Positions 22,359-33,789 of a DNA stretch of 64,000 bases are shown piece by piece. The stretch spans positions 544,001-608,000 of the forward strand of contig JAXHMG010000003.1 of assembly GCA_034521595.1 (NCBI GenBank), given 5' to 3'. This DNA is from Gemmatimonadota bacterium. Lineage in GTDB: Bacteria > Gemmatimonadota > Gemmatimonadetes > Longimicrobiales > Gaopeijiaceae. Under the pieces are notes generated by a model. It did no database searches and was not told the DNA's origin. It worked only from the letters and a program-made list of their open reading frames with translations. Both the position numbers and the translations under genes were made by a program. Numbering within the stretch: position 1 is the stretch's first letter; the number at the start of each line of letters is the position of its first letter.

Positions 22359-23296
22359 GTTCGTGATCCTCCTACCGGAAGACTCCATCCGAAATAGGCC
22401 GACAAATCCGGAGATGCTTCGCTCAGCCCGGCTGTCACGCCGACCGAGAAGGATCGTCCCCGCTCGAGGAATCGGGACAGCCCGACGGAAACACTAACCG
22501 GAGCGGCCGCTGTCGGCACGATGCGGCTGCTGCCGGATACGCTCGCGAGCAACGACGTGCCACTCTCTCCGAACAGTCTGGAGACACCTGCGGAATACAT
22601 CACGCCGTCCCGGAGCTCCAGCTCCGGGAGGTCTCCGAACCACCAGTGCGCGCCGTCCAGAAAGAACCAGGTGCTCCCTACGCCCAGGGCGACCGACGCG
22701 CCCGCTCCCGCGTCCCACTCGCCGGTCCCTACGCCGGATTCCAGGCCACGCAGTGGGGCTTTGGCCCCGAGGTTGAGCGATACCGATCTGATGAATCCGG
22801 AGCTCGAGTACGCATCGTAGGTGACGCGCAGAGACGGATCGCCGACCTCGAGCGCGTAGCGGTCCCGGAACACGACGGCCGAGTCGGTCGGCGTCGTGCC
22901 AGTGCCGGAACCGGCTCCGTCTCTTCGCCTCGTTCCGATCGGTCCGTCCCCGGAGCGCCGACCGACGACGCCGCTTCCCTCCCCTCCGGTCGGAACCGGT
23001 TGGTCCGCCACCACGCTGACGACCCCGCTGTTCTGCACGATCAGCGGAAGTGTCGCCGATGCGCTCAACTTCGAGCCGCCGACGCTGAGACCGTTCGACA
23101 ACCAGAACGAATGCGTACGTTCCGCGAATACGTAGGAGCCGGTCGAGTAGCTGATCGACCCGGAGTACCGGACGGTCTGGCCGAGCAGGGGGGGCGGGCT
23201 CCAGAGCGAGCCCGGCGTGCCGGCCGTGGTCAGCACGAGCCCGACCACGACCGAGCGCAGCCGGCTGGTGAGACCCGAAGGTGCGCCGGCTTTCAC
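22355..23296 (-). CDS. Predicted outer-membrane beta-barrel protein
   Basis: Signal-like N-terminus, alternating Gly/Ser/aromatic strands, VGDPSLR..KAP..GVGTGEWD, and a last strand LSAYFGWS. Confidence 0.65.
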   Translation of the reverse strand: MKAGAPSGLTSRLRSVVVGLVLTTAGTPGSLWSPPPLLGQTVRYSGSISYSTGSYVFAERTHSFWLSNGLSVGGSKLSASATLPLIVQNSGVVSVVADQPVPTGGEGSGVVGRRSGDGPIGTRRRDGAGSGTGTTPTDSAVVFRDRYALEVGDPSLRVTYDAYSSSGFIRSVSLNLGAKAPLRGLESGVGTGEWDAGAGASVALGVGSTWFFLDGAHWWFGDLPELELRDGVMYSAGVSRLFGESGTSLLASVSGSSRIVPTAAAPVSVSVGLSRFLERGRSFSVGVTAGLSEASPDLSAYFGWSLPVGGSRT

Positions 23297-23303
23297 GGCT
23301 GCG

Positions 23304-23825
23304 TCATCCGCCGGTGGGTGCGGAGGTCTGGACCCGGTCTCTCAACCGTTCGAGCAGCCTGAGCCCTTCTTCCATGGAGCCGACCATCAGCTCCCAGTGG
23401 TTCCGGAGCCGTTCGACCTCCTGCTCCATGTCACCACGGAAGGGAGCTTCGGCCTGCTCCGCCATGTTTCGGAGCTGCTCCATCGCACGGTGCATCTCCT
23501 GCGCGCCCACGTTCATGGAATGCGCCATCTCGCGCAGCCGCTCTTCGTACCGGAGCCGCTCGGCGACATGGACATCCATGTCGCGCTGCATCCGGAGGTT
23601 CTCCATCTCACCGAGAATCTGTCGCTCCATCTGGTGAGCCCGCTCCTGCACACTCGCCATCCGACGCATCGCCTCGGTGATCTGGCGCGCGTGCTCCTGC
23701 ATCCGCTGCATTTGCTCCTGCATCTGGTGCTGGAGCATGGCCGGGTCTTGAGCCGTCGCCATGGCCGGAAGCGCGAGAAGGACGGCCACTCCAGCCGCCC
23801 ATGCGATTGATGTTGCCCTGCGCAT
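23304..23825 (-). CDS. Secreted Met/His/Gln-rich helical protein
   Basis: Signal peptide (ATA-Q), about 20 Met and 7 His in 173 aa, helical/coiled-coil composition, and a GGAGG RBS. Confidence 0.75.
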   Translation of the reverse strand: MRRATSIAWAAGVAVLLALPAMATAQDPAMLQHQMQEQMQRMQEHARQITEAMRRMASVQERAHQMERQILGEMENLRMQRDMDVHVAERLRYEERLREMAHSMNVGAQEMHRAMEQLRNMAEQAEAPFRGDMEQEVERLRNHWELMVGSMEEGLRLLERLRDRVQTSAPTGG

Positions 23826-24054
23826 CGCATCGACCTCCTGCGACCGTCCCGGAGGCGGGTGTCGGGATCGATATCCGGCCGGCGGGGCGTGGTGGATGGC
23901 CTACAGTGGGAGGGTGACTTCCGACTTCCACGCAAGAACATATTCGGACCTTTGTGGACATGGTGCCGGGAGAAGCTCGACGACTCGTGTCGGGAATCCC
24001 CCTGACAACCACTCGCACGGTTGCAGCCGGCGACCGGCTCGGCCCCCATACGCG

Positions 24055-24084
24055 AAAAGAGGGTGGTGCCCGCGGGCACCACCC
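24055..24084 (-). terminator. Rho-independent terminator after ahcY
   Basis: GGGTGGTGCCC-GC-GGGCACCACCC hairpin followed on the minus strand by TCTTTT. Confidence 0.7.
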
Positions 24085-24180
24085 CCCCTTCTTCGCGACG
24101 GATTCCGGGCTAGACCCGTGAGGCCGCCGGCCCGTCATGGCGCGGCGACGTCCGAAGACGCCGCGCACACCGTCGTCCGA

Positions 24181-25673
<1,493 letters not shown>

Positions 25674-25677
<4 letters not shown>

Positions 25678-26678
25678 GCGGGATTCTTCCTTTCTGGAGT
25701 GTCTTCTCGATGATTCGAACGATTCGACGCGCCGCCCCTCCGGGCGGACGTCAGGAACAACATGGGCCCGCTCGCCGACGGATCGGGAGCGAGCTTGTGG
25801 GTGCGGATCTCGTCGAACCCGGTCTCGTTCAGCCAGCGCTCGATCTGAGCGGGCTCGAAACCAGGCCAGACGTGTCCCATTTCATCCGCGTACCCGACGC
25901 CCCGCTCGTGCTCGCGCATTTCGAGCACGACGGCACGGCCACCGGGTCGGAGCGTCCTGTAGACCTCCGAAAGGACCTGCGGTGGATCCACGACGTAGTG
26001 CAGGACGAGTGAGAGGAGAGCCACGTCGAGCTCTCCGTCTTCGATGGGGAGCGCCTCGAGCGCTCCCGGTCTCAGCTCCACGTTTTCGATGTCTTCCAGG
26101 CGGTGCTCGGCCGCCGAGAGCATCTCGGAGGAGCGGTCGATGCCGACGACCCGTTGGACGAACGGCGCGATGACCCTCGCCAGCGCGCCGGTTCCGGTGC
26201 CCAGGTCTCCGACGGTCCACCCACTGTCGAGTAGACCGAGGAGCGGGGCGAAGCGGACGCCTCGACCGAAGAGCTCTTCGCGCATGTCGTCCCACCGTTC
26301 GGCGGCTCGGGCGAAAAACTCGTCGGAGCGGAGCTGGCGATCGCGCAGGACGGCAGCGGCTCGCTCCGCATCGCTCGTGTACGGACCGTCCTCTCCGAGG
26401 CGCGCTCGTACGATCTGCCAGAGCTCTCTGGCACCGTCGTCGAGATCCGGTGAGACACGATAGTGTCTCGACCGGCCGTCCTGACGCACGTCCACCCAAC
26501 CCTCCTCCGCGAGGGTTTTCAGGTGACGGCTCACGGTCGGCTGGGCGAGCTGCAGAACGGTGCTCAACTCTCCCACCGAGAACTCGCTGCCGTCGAGCAG
26601 GGCGAGGATACGGACCCGCGTCTCGTCGCCGAGCGCGTTCAGATGGTCCAGGATGGGGGCGGACAACAATGTATTCAT
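25674..26678 (-). CDS. sahR: ArsR-HTH/SAM-methyltransferase fusion regulator (SahR type)
   Basis: ArsR helix-turn-helix ([10 protein letters not shown]...QPTVSRHLK) plus DLGTGTG SAM-binding domain; its stop overlaps the ahcY start. Confidence 0.85.
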
Positions 26679-26693
26679 AAATTCACATACGAA
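26674..26693. promoter_or_regulatory. Imperfect palindrome over the sahR start (candidate autoregulatory operator)
   Basis: TTCATA-N8-TACGAA, AT-rich in a high-GC background. Confidence 0.4.
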
Positions 26694-26800
26694 GATACGA
26701 CAACTGGCGGTGAGATCAACCCCATCCTTGGTCCCGAAGAGTGGCGGCGTTAACTTTGAGTCGAGCCGTTATGCAGTATTGACTCGATCCGGAGGGTTCT

Positions 26801-27961
26801 TTGAAGAGCCACGGCCACGCGCCTCACGACGACATCGTCTATCCCGCCACGGTCCCCTTCATTCTCGTCCATGCCGCCTGTCTGGGCGCCATCTGGACCG
26901 GGGTGTCGGCCACGGCCGTGGCCGTCGCGGTGGGCTTGTACGTCATTCGCATGTGGGGTATCACGGCGGGGTACCACCGGTATTTCAGCCACCGGTCGTA
27001 CAAGACCAGCCGGGTCATGCAGTTCGTGATCGCGCTCATCGGACAGACGTCGGCGCAGAGAGGTGTGCTCTGGTGGGCGGCCGTGCACCGGCACCACCAT
27101 TTGTACTCCGACACCGAGCACGACGTGCATTCTCCGCGTCACCAGGGTTTCCTGTATTCGCACGTAGGTTGGATCTTCAACCACAACAACTGGAAGCCCG
27201 ACTACGGCACGGTGAAGGACCTCACGAAGTATCCCGAGCTCGTATGGCTCGACCGGCTCAACTATCTGCCGGCGATCCTTCTGGGCTTCGGAATGTTCCT
27301 GTGGGGCGGTTGGACGATGCTGGTGGTCGGCTTCTTCTGGAGCACGGTGGCGCTGTATCACGGTACCTTCTTCATCAACTCGCTCGCCCACGTGCACGGA
27401 TCACAGCGCTACCTCACGGGTGACGATTCGCGGAACAACTTCTGGCTCGCGCTCATCACGCTCGGTGAGGGGTGGCACAACAACCACCACCATTACCAGA
27501 GCTCGACCCGACAGGGCTTCCGGTGGTGGGAGGTCGATCTCTCCTACTATGCCCTGAAGGCGATGTCCTGGTTGGGTATGGTGTGGGATCTGCGGGCGCC
27601 GCCCGAGGCCATCGTCCGGGGCGAGCGTCCGGTCGGGCGCAAGGTTGTCGAAAAGGTGGCCGGTGACCTCGCCGGGACGTTCCGGGTGGAGGCGATCGCC
27701 CAGTCGGTTCGGGAGGCTTGGGCGGAATCGCACGCGTTCGACGATCTGCAAGAGCGGGCTCGTCGGGCTCGGACACAGGCCGAAGAGCGCCTCGCGGAGA
27801 TGTCGATGCCGCATCTTCCCACCATTCCGGAGCTACGTGAGAAGGCGGAGGAGATGTTCCACGACACGCCTTCCCTCGACGACATCGTCTACCGGGCGCA
27901 CGAGATGCTCGCCGAAGCCGTGGCGCGGCACCTCTACGAATCGACGCTGGCCAACGCCTGA
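26801..27961 (+). CDS. Acyl-CoA/acyl-lipid delta-9 desaturase with a helical C-terminal extension
   Basis: His boxes YHRYFSH, HRHHH and GEGWHNNHH; TTG start after GGAGG. Confidence 0.92.
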   Translation: MKSHGHAPHDDIVYPATVPFILVHAACLGAIWTGVSATAVAVAVGLYVIRMWGITAGYHRYFSHRSYKTSRVMQFVIALIGQTSAQRGVLWWAAVHRHHHLYSDTEHDVHSPRHQGFLYSHVGWIFNHNNWKPDYGTVKDLTKYPELVWLDRLNYLPAILLGFGMFLWGGWTMLVVGFFWSTVALYHGTFFINSLAHVHGSQRYLTGDDSRNNFWLALITLGEGWHNNHHHYQSSTRQGFRWWEVDLSYYALKAMSWLGMVWDLRAPPEAIVRGERPVGRKVVEKVAGDLAGTFRVEAIAQSVREAWAESHAFDDLQERARRARTQAEERLAEMSMPHLPTIPELREKAEEMFHDTPSLDDIVYRAHEMLAEAVARHLYESTLANA

Positions 27962-27994
27962 CGACGAGCGACTCGACGCCGGTCCACAGAACCC

Positions 27995-28043
27995 GCCCCC
28001 CTTCCGCGTTCCTTGCCCGAACCGCGGGAGGGGGGCATTCTTT
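27995..28043 (+). terminator. Rho-independent terminator after the desaturase
   Basis: GCCCCCCTTCCGCG...CGCGGGAGGGGGGC stem followed by ATTCTTT. Confidence 0.65.
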
Positions 28044-28115
28044 GTGCCCTCGCAATTCGGGTCTCGCGCTCGCGAACCCGTCTGAAGCTCACCTGCCTCC
28101 AACTCGGACGCGTCC

Positions 28116-29876
28116 ATGGATTGGCTGCAAAGCCTCGTCGATTTCCTGAACACCTACGTGATCGAGATCGGTATCTCCATCGGCGGGGAGAACATCCCCT
28201 TGATGGTGATCCTGCTGCTCGGCGCGGGGCTCTACCTAACGATTCGCACGGGCTTCATTCAGCTGAGGAGACTGGGGCACGGGTTCGCGGTCACGACGGG
28301 CAGGTACGACGACGAGGATGACCCGGGTGACGTCTCTCATTTCCAGGCGCTGAGCACGGCCCTTTCCGCCACGGTCGGGATCGGCAACATCGCCGGGGTC
28401 GCGATCGCGATTCACTGGGGTGGACCGGGGGCGCTGTTCTGGATGTGGGTCACGGCGTTCGTGGGCATGGCGACCAAGTTCTCGGAGGTCACGCTGGCGC
28501 AGCGCTACCGTGACGTCGACGAGAGCGGAGCTGTCCACAAGTGGGACGGGGTCGTCGCCGGGGGCCCGATGTACTACATCGAGCGGGGGCTGGGCCCGGC
28601 GTGGAAGCCGCTGGCCGTGTTCTTCGCCGTCATGCTCGGCTTCACCGCCTTCCTGACGGGCAACGCGGTCCAGGCGAACACGGTTGCCGACACGATGGAG
28701 TCCACGTTCTCCGTTCCGGTCTGGATCACGGGATTCGTGACGGCGGGCGTGGTCGCCGCGGTGATTCTCGGAGGGATCCGGAGGATCGGCCGTGTGACGG
28801 CGGTGCTCATGCCCTTCATGGCCGTGATTTACGTGCTGGGCGCCCTCACGATCATCATGCTGAACCTCGAGCAGCTCGGGCCCGCGTTCGGGACGATCTT
28901 CCGTGAAGCGTTCAATCCCTCGGCCGGTGTGGCCGGGGTTGGAGCGGGTGTATTCGTCGTGACCCTCATGTGGGGGGTGCGCCGTGGCCTGTTCTCGAAC
29001 GAGGCGGGGCAGGGGTCGGCGCCGATCGCGCACGCCGCGGCGAAGACGGAGGAGCCGGTGTCGGAGGGCGTGGTGGCGCTCCTCGAGCCCTTCATCGACA
29101 CCATCCTCATCTGCACGATGACGGCGTTGGTGATCATCATGACGGATTCGCATGTCGAGCGGTTCCCGACCGAGATCATTCTTGATGGTGGGGATATCAT
29201 CTACACGGCCGAGCAAGAGAACGACCGCTACATGGCCGTCGATCCCCCGGAACAGATCGTCATCGCGGATGGGCGGCACGCGGTCACGGGCGCCGGAGCC
29301 CCGCTCGTCTCGTGGCACGAGGCCGCGGTCGAAGAGCTCTACGTCGATCCGGAGCAGACCGAGCCGTTCCAAGGCGTCATCTTCCCGGACCGTGGAGAGG
29401 CCGTCGCCGAAGACGGCACGACGTACACGTCGCTGTACGGAAACGCGGTGGAGAACGGGGCGCCGCTCACGATGAACGCCTTCCGCACGGGTCTCGCGCC
29501 ACTGGGTGACTGGGGTCACTACGTCGTGCTCGTCGCGGTACTCCTGTTCGCCGTGTCGACCTCCATCGCGTGGAGCTACTACGGGGACCGGTGTGCGCGC
29601 TATCTATTCGGTCAGGGCTCCGTGCTCCCGTACAAGGCCATCTTCGTGCTCATGCACTTCTTCGGCGCGGTGATCCCGCTCGCGGTGGTGTGGTCGCTCG
29701 GAGACGTCGCGCTCGCCATCGTGATCGTTCCCAACCTTCTCGCGCTCATCCTGCTGGCGCCCAAGGTCGTGGAGGAATCCAACAGCTACTTCGCACGCAA
29801 GCCGTGGGAAGCGCTGGGCGAGAAGCGGCGCCGCCTCGACGAGGAACGTCGCGGCGGAAGGGGAGGAGGCGCGTAG
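28116..29876 (+). CDS. Alanine/glycine:cation symporter (AGCS/AlsT family)
   Basis: FQALSTALSATVGIGNIAGVA, GGPGALFWMW, GGPMYY, RGLFSNEAGQGS and FIDTILIC. Confidence 0.94.
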   Translation: MDWLQSLVDFLNTYVIEIGISIGGENIPLMVILLLGAGLYLTIRTGFIQLRRLGHGFAVTTGRYDDEDDPGDVSHFQALSTALSATVGIGNIAGVAIAIHWGGPGALFWMWVTAFVGMATKFSEVTLAQRYRDVDESGAVHKWDGVVAGGPMYYIERGLGPAWKPLAVFFAVMLGFTAFLTGNAVQANTVADTMESTFSVPVWITGFVTAGVVAAVILGGIRRIGRVTAVLMPFMAVIYVLGALTIIMLNLEQLGPAFGTIFREAFNPSAGVAGVGAGVFVVTLMWGVRRGLFSNEAGQGSAPIAHAAAKTEEPVSEGVVALLEPFIDTILICTMTALVIIMTDSHVERFPTEIILDGGDIIYTAEQENDRYMAVDPPEQIVIADGRHAVTGAGAPLVSWHEAAVEELYVDPEQTEPFQGVIFPDRGEAVAEDGTTYTSLYGNAVENGAPLTMNAFRTGLAPLGDWGHYVVLVAVLLFAVSTSIAWSYYGDRCARYLFGQGSVLPYKAIFVLMHFFGAVIPLAVVWSLGDVALAIVIVPNLLALILLAPKVVEESNSYFARKPWEALGEKRRRLDEERRGGRGGGA

Positions 29877-29925
29877 TCGGATCGGAGCGATCGGGCGTGG
29901 GGGCCGGGTCGAACAAGGGCGAGGT

Positions 29926-30744
29926 TCAGGACGAGTCGTGTACGGCCCGGACGAAGCTACGCGCTCGTGTCGGGTCGACGCCCGCGCCGGCCCGCCCGTC
30001 CCGCATCACGGCCGAGCCCACGATCGCTCCATGGGTCCCGAGGGGAAGGGAAGCGGCCGTGTCCGTGGTGACCCCGCTCCCGAGGAACAGGGGGGCTTCG
30101 GGGGCTCCGGCGGAGACTTCGGCGATGTCGTCCGGACGGACGGCGTGGCCGGTGCCGCTTCCGGAGACCACGAGGCCGTCGGCGAGCCCCCGCTGCCACG
30201 CGTCGGACGCGGCGTCGCTCAAGCGGGCTCCGGCCGGCGGAGTCGCGTGCTTCACGTGGACGTCGGCCAGAACGGCCACGGGAGCCTCCAGGGAGCGTCG
30301 TAGCCGCAGGGTTTCGTGTGCCTGACCCGTGAGGAGGCCCTGATCGGACCACATGGCACCCGTGTGGACATTGACCCTGATGAACTTGGCCCCGGTCACG
30401 GCCGCGATCGACAGAGCCGATACCGCGTCGTTCCGGAGCACGTTCACCCCGACGGGAAGACGCGTGTTCTGAACCACCGAGTCGACGACCCGCGTCATGG
30501 CGGCGACCGTGACCGGCGGGACGCGGTCCGCGTGAAACGGCGCGTCGAGGAAGTTCTCGACCATGAGCCCGTCGAATCCGGCCTCTTCCAGGGCGGTGGC
30601 GTCTTCCAGAGCGCGGGCGAGCACCGCCTCGAGAGAGCCGTCCCAGCGCGGTGCGTCGGGGAGGGGCCGTAGGTGGATCATGCCGATGAGCACCGGCCGG
30701 TGACTCCACGGGAGCCCCGGACCGAGTGTTGAAGCTTCGTTCAT
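29926..30744 (-). CDS. BtpA/SgcQ family protein
   Basis: IGMIHLRPLP, GLMVENF.D.PF, GVNVLRND, FIRVN, DVHVKHA and VSGSGTG. Confidence 0.9.
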   Translation of the reverse strand: MNEASTLGPGLPWSHRPVLIGMIHLRPLPDAPRWDGSLEAVLARALEDATALEEAGFDGLMVENFLDAPFHADRVPPVTVAAMTRVVDSVVQNTRLPVGVNVLRNDAVSALSIAAVTGAKFIRVNVHTGAMWSDQGLLTGQAHETLRLRRSLEAPVAVLADVHVKHATPPAGARLSDAASDAWQRGLADGLVVSGSGTGHAVRPDDIAEVSAGAPEAPLFLGSGVTTDTAASLPLGTHGAIVGSAVMRDGRAGAGVDPTRARSFVRAVHDSS

Positions 30745-32018
30745 GGCTCCGGGTCGGGTTCGGAGGATTCAGGCGGGTGCTGCTTCGAGGAACGACGTTC
30801 GTGCGCGAGGCGGGCGGGAGCGACCGCATCGCCTCCGAACCGCCGTCGAAGCGCGTCGACGGCGCGGGAAAGCTCCCGCTCCCGCTCCGATTCTTCCGAA
30901 CGGGCATCACCGGCGAACAACCCGAGCTGGCGCGGCGCATCCGTCGATTCCAGCCCGGCGAGCCCGAGGCCCAACAGACGAGCCGGGACCGGTCGCACCT
31001 CGCGTAGCTCCCTCAAGAGCGGCCGCGCCGCCTCCCGGATCGCGCGGTTCGACTCGACGCCTTCGGGCAGCGTGCGCGAGCGTTGACGCACTCGGAAGTC
31101 GAAGTCCTTGAGCTTGGTGGTGACCGTTCGAGTGCGCAGCCCGTGATCGCGCAGCGTGTGTCCCACGGCTTCCGCCAGCCCGAGGAGCTCCGCCTCCAAG
31201 GCGTCGTCATTGTCGATGTCGCGAGGAAAGGTGCGCTCCGAGGATATGGACTTCCGTTCGCGGTCGGAATCCACGTCGTCGGCGCCCCGTCCCAGGAGGT
31301 GCGCCCGAAGCCACGCCGCTCGGCGTGGACCGAGCCAGCGCTCGAGCCATTCGGGCTCGACCGCGAGTGCGTCCGTGACGGTATGGAGCCCTCGCGAGGT
31401 CAGCCGCTCCAGAAGCGCGGGGCCGACCCCCGGAATGTCTGCGAGCGACAACGCCCTCATGAACGAGGCCTCCGCCCCGGCCGGGACCACGTGCACGCCC
31501 GCCGGCTTCGCGCGTGAGGTCGCGAGCTTGGCGACCAGCCGGTTCGTGCCGCCGCCCACGGAGGTCGCGACGGCGGTGCGGTCGAGGATGGCGCGCCGAA
31601 TGCGATCCGCCGTCTCGGATAGGGCCTCGCCGCGGAAGAGGCGCTCGGTGCCGGTGAGGTCGAGGTAGAACTCGTCGACGGAGGCCGCCTCGACCACCGG
31701 CGCGAGGTCTTCGAGTGCGGCGCGCACTTCGGCGCTCCGGCGTCGCACTGCCTTGCGCGGCACGGATACGACGGTCGCCTCGGGGCACCTTCGGAGTGCC
31801 TCACTCATGGGCATCGCGGAGCGCACCCCGTACACCCGGGCTTCGTACGACGCCGACGTCACCACGCCCCGGCCGCTCGGAGCGCCGCCGACGAGGAGCA
31901 GCGGGGCTCGGCCCGCGCCTTCCGGGTCCTCCATGCGCGCCACCTGTACGAAGAACGCGTCACAGTCGACGTGGAGAATCCGCCGTACGACGTCGTGTTC
32001 AGGTTCGATGGGGTCCAT
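30741..32018 (-). CDS. dinB: DNA polymerase IV (Y family)
   Basis: ILHVDCDAFF, SASYEAR.YGVRSAMP, SVDEFYLD, AKLA...KP.G and KSISSERTF. The start at 32018 is a best guess. Confidence 0.93.
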   Translation of the reverse strand: MDPIEPEHDVVRRILHVDCDAFFVQVARMEDPEGAGRAPLLLVGGAPSGRGVVTSASYEARVYGVRSAMPMSEALRRCPEATVVSVPRKAVRRRSAEVRAALEDLAPVVEAASVDEFYLDLTGTERLFRGEALSETADRIRRAILDRTAVATSVGGGTNRLVAKLATSRAKPAGVHVVPAGAEASFMRALSLADIPGVGPALLERLTSRGLHTVTDALAVEPEWLERWLGPRRAAWLRAHLLGRGADDVDSDRERKSISSERTFPRDIDNDDALEAELLGLAEAVGHTLRDHGLRTRTVTTKLKDFDFRVRQRSRTLPEGVESNRAIREAARPLLRELREVRPVPARLLGLGLAGLESTDAPRQLGLFAGDARSEESERERELSRAVDALRRRFGGDAVAPARLAHERRSSKQHPPESSEPDPEP

Positions 32019-32177
32019 TCCGGTTTGCCGTGAGCTCTGCACAGGAGTATGATTTTGGTCCGCGGCCCCGGTGGGTCCAAGATAGCGGACGACATGCCGG
32101 CGGGGCACGACCTGCCTGCCGACCACTCCGGGGTCCGACATTCGAACCCCGACGATTCTACTAAGGAGTCACGCTAC

Positions 32178-32798
<621 letters not shown>

Positions 32799-33015
32799 CG
32801 CGACCTTCCGCTGTCGTGTCCGGGCGGTGTGAGCGTCGCACCGTCCGGGCACCAAGCGGGCGCCAAGGCACCGGTCCACGGGCCCGTGCCGACCGCGAGC
32901 TCGCGGTCGCTGACGTCGCGTGGCTTGTGTATAAGGAAACATCTGTTTAATAGTGTGCGGTACGGAATGCACTGCCGGTGTGCACCTCGTTCAACCTCAA
33001 TCCTCGATGAGTGTG

Positions 33016-33789
33016 ATGAGTCGAGATCATGGAACCGCGGGCGTCGTCCGCGTAGCATGGCTGACACTCCTCGCCGCCTTGCTTGTCCCGGCTCCCCTGG
33101 TGGCGCAGTCCCTCCGGGGCTCGCCCGCGTCCCTCGATGTACAGAACCGCGTGGCACGCTCCCACGATTACACGTACATCGACACGGCTCAGCGCTTACG
33201 ATATTTCGCCGAGCAGGGCTGGTTGGTTCGTGTGCGATCCAACCACGATTTCAGGCTCCATGCGGTGTCTTTCCCCTACGCGCGTCCCGAGGTTGCGCTC
33301 TTTATCGAGCGGCTCGGGAAGCAGTATCGGGACGCCTGTGGCGAGCAGCTCGTGGTGACCAGCCTCACGCGGCCGACGACCCGTCAGCCGCGGAATGCCT
33401 CGGACCGGTCGGTGCATCCCACCGGCATGGCCATCGACCTCCGTTACAGCCATAACCGCCAGTGTCGGGATTGGCTCGAGGGCGTGCTGCTGAGTCTCGA
33501 ACGGGGCGGGATCCTCGACGTGACTCGTGAACGTTATCCGAGGCACTACCACGTCGCCGTCTTCCCCGAGCCCTATGCCCGCTACGTGGAACGCATCACG
33601 AACCGGAGTGAGATCCGGCTGGGTGACCGGCTGGGTGACCGGATGGCGTACGAGATCCAAGTGGGAGATTCGCTTTGGGAGATCGCCCGTCAGCACGGCA
33701 CGACCGTCGACGAGATCCAGACGGTGAACGGGATCGACGGCAACCAGATCTACGCCGGGCAGGTGATCGACGTGCCCCTGGGTGGCTGA
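33016..33789 (+). CDS. Secreted DUF5715-like (M15/LAS metallopeptidase-type) protein with a C-terminal LysM domain
   Basis: Signal peptide; SLTR, SVHPTGMAIDL (H-x6-D) and HYH; LysM segment YEIQVGDSLWEIARQHGTTVDEIQTVN...IYAGQVI. Start uncertain. Confidence 0.8.
   Translation: MSRDHGTAGVVRVAWLTLLAALLVPAPLVAQSLRGSPASLDVQNRVARSHDYTYIDTAQRLRYFAEQGWLVRVRSNHDFRLHAVSFPYARPEVALFIERLGKQYRDACGEQLVVTSLTRPTTRQPRNASDRSVHPTGMAIDLRYSHNRQCRDWLEGVLLSLERGGILDVTRERYPRHYHVAVFPEPYARYVERITNRSEIRLGDRLGDRMAYEIQVGDSLWEIARQHGTTVDEIQTVNGIDGNQIYAGQVIDVPLGG

Noticed and set aside
26680-26800. Possible SAM/SAH riboswitch upstream of sahR-ahcY
   Set aside because: No recognisable aptamer motifs, and the space is short and shared with a divergent promoter.
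33615-33642. 12-bp tandem repeat CCGGCTGGGTGA (RLGD twice)
   Set aside because: Only about two copies in an interdomain linker; not a CRISPR or contingency locus.
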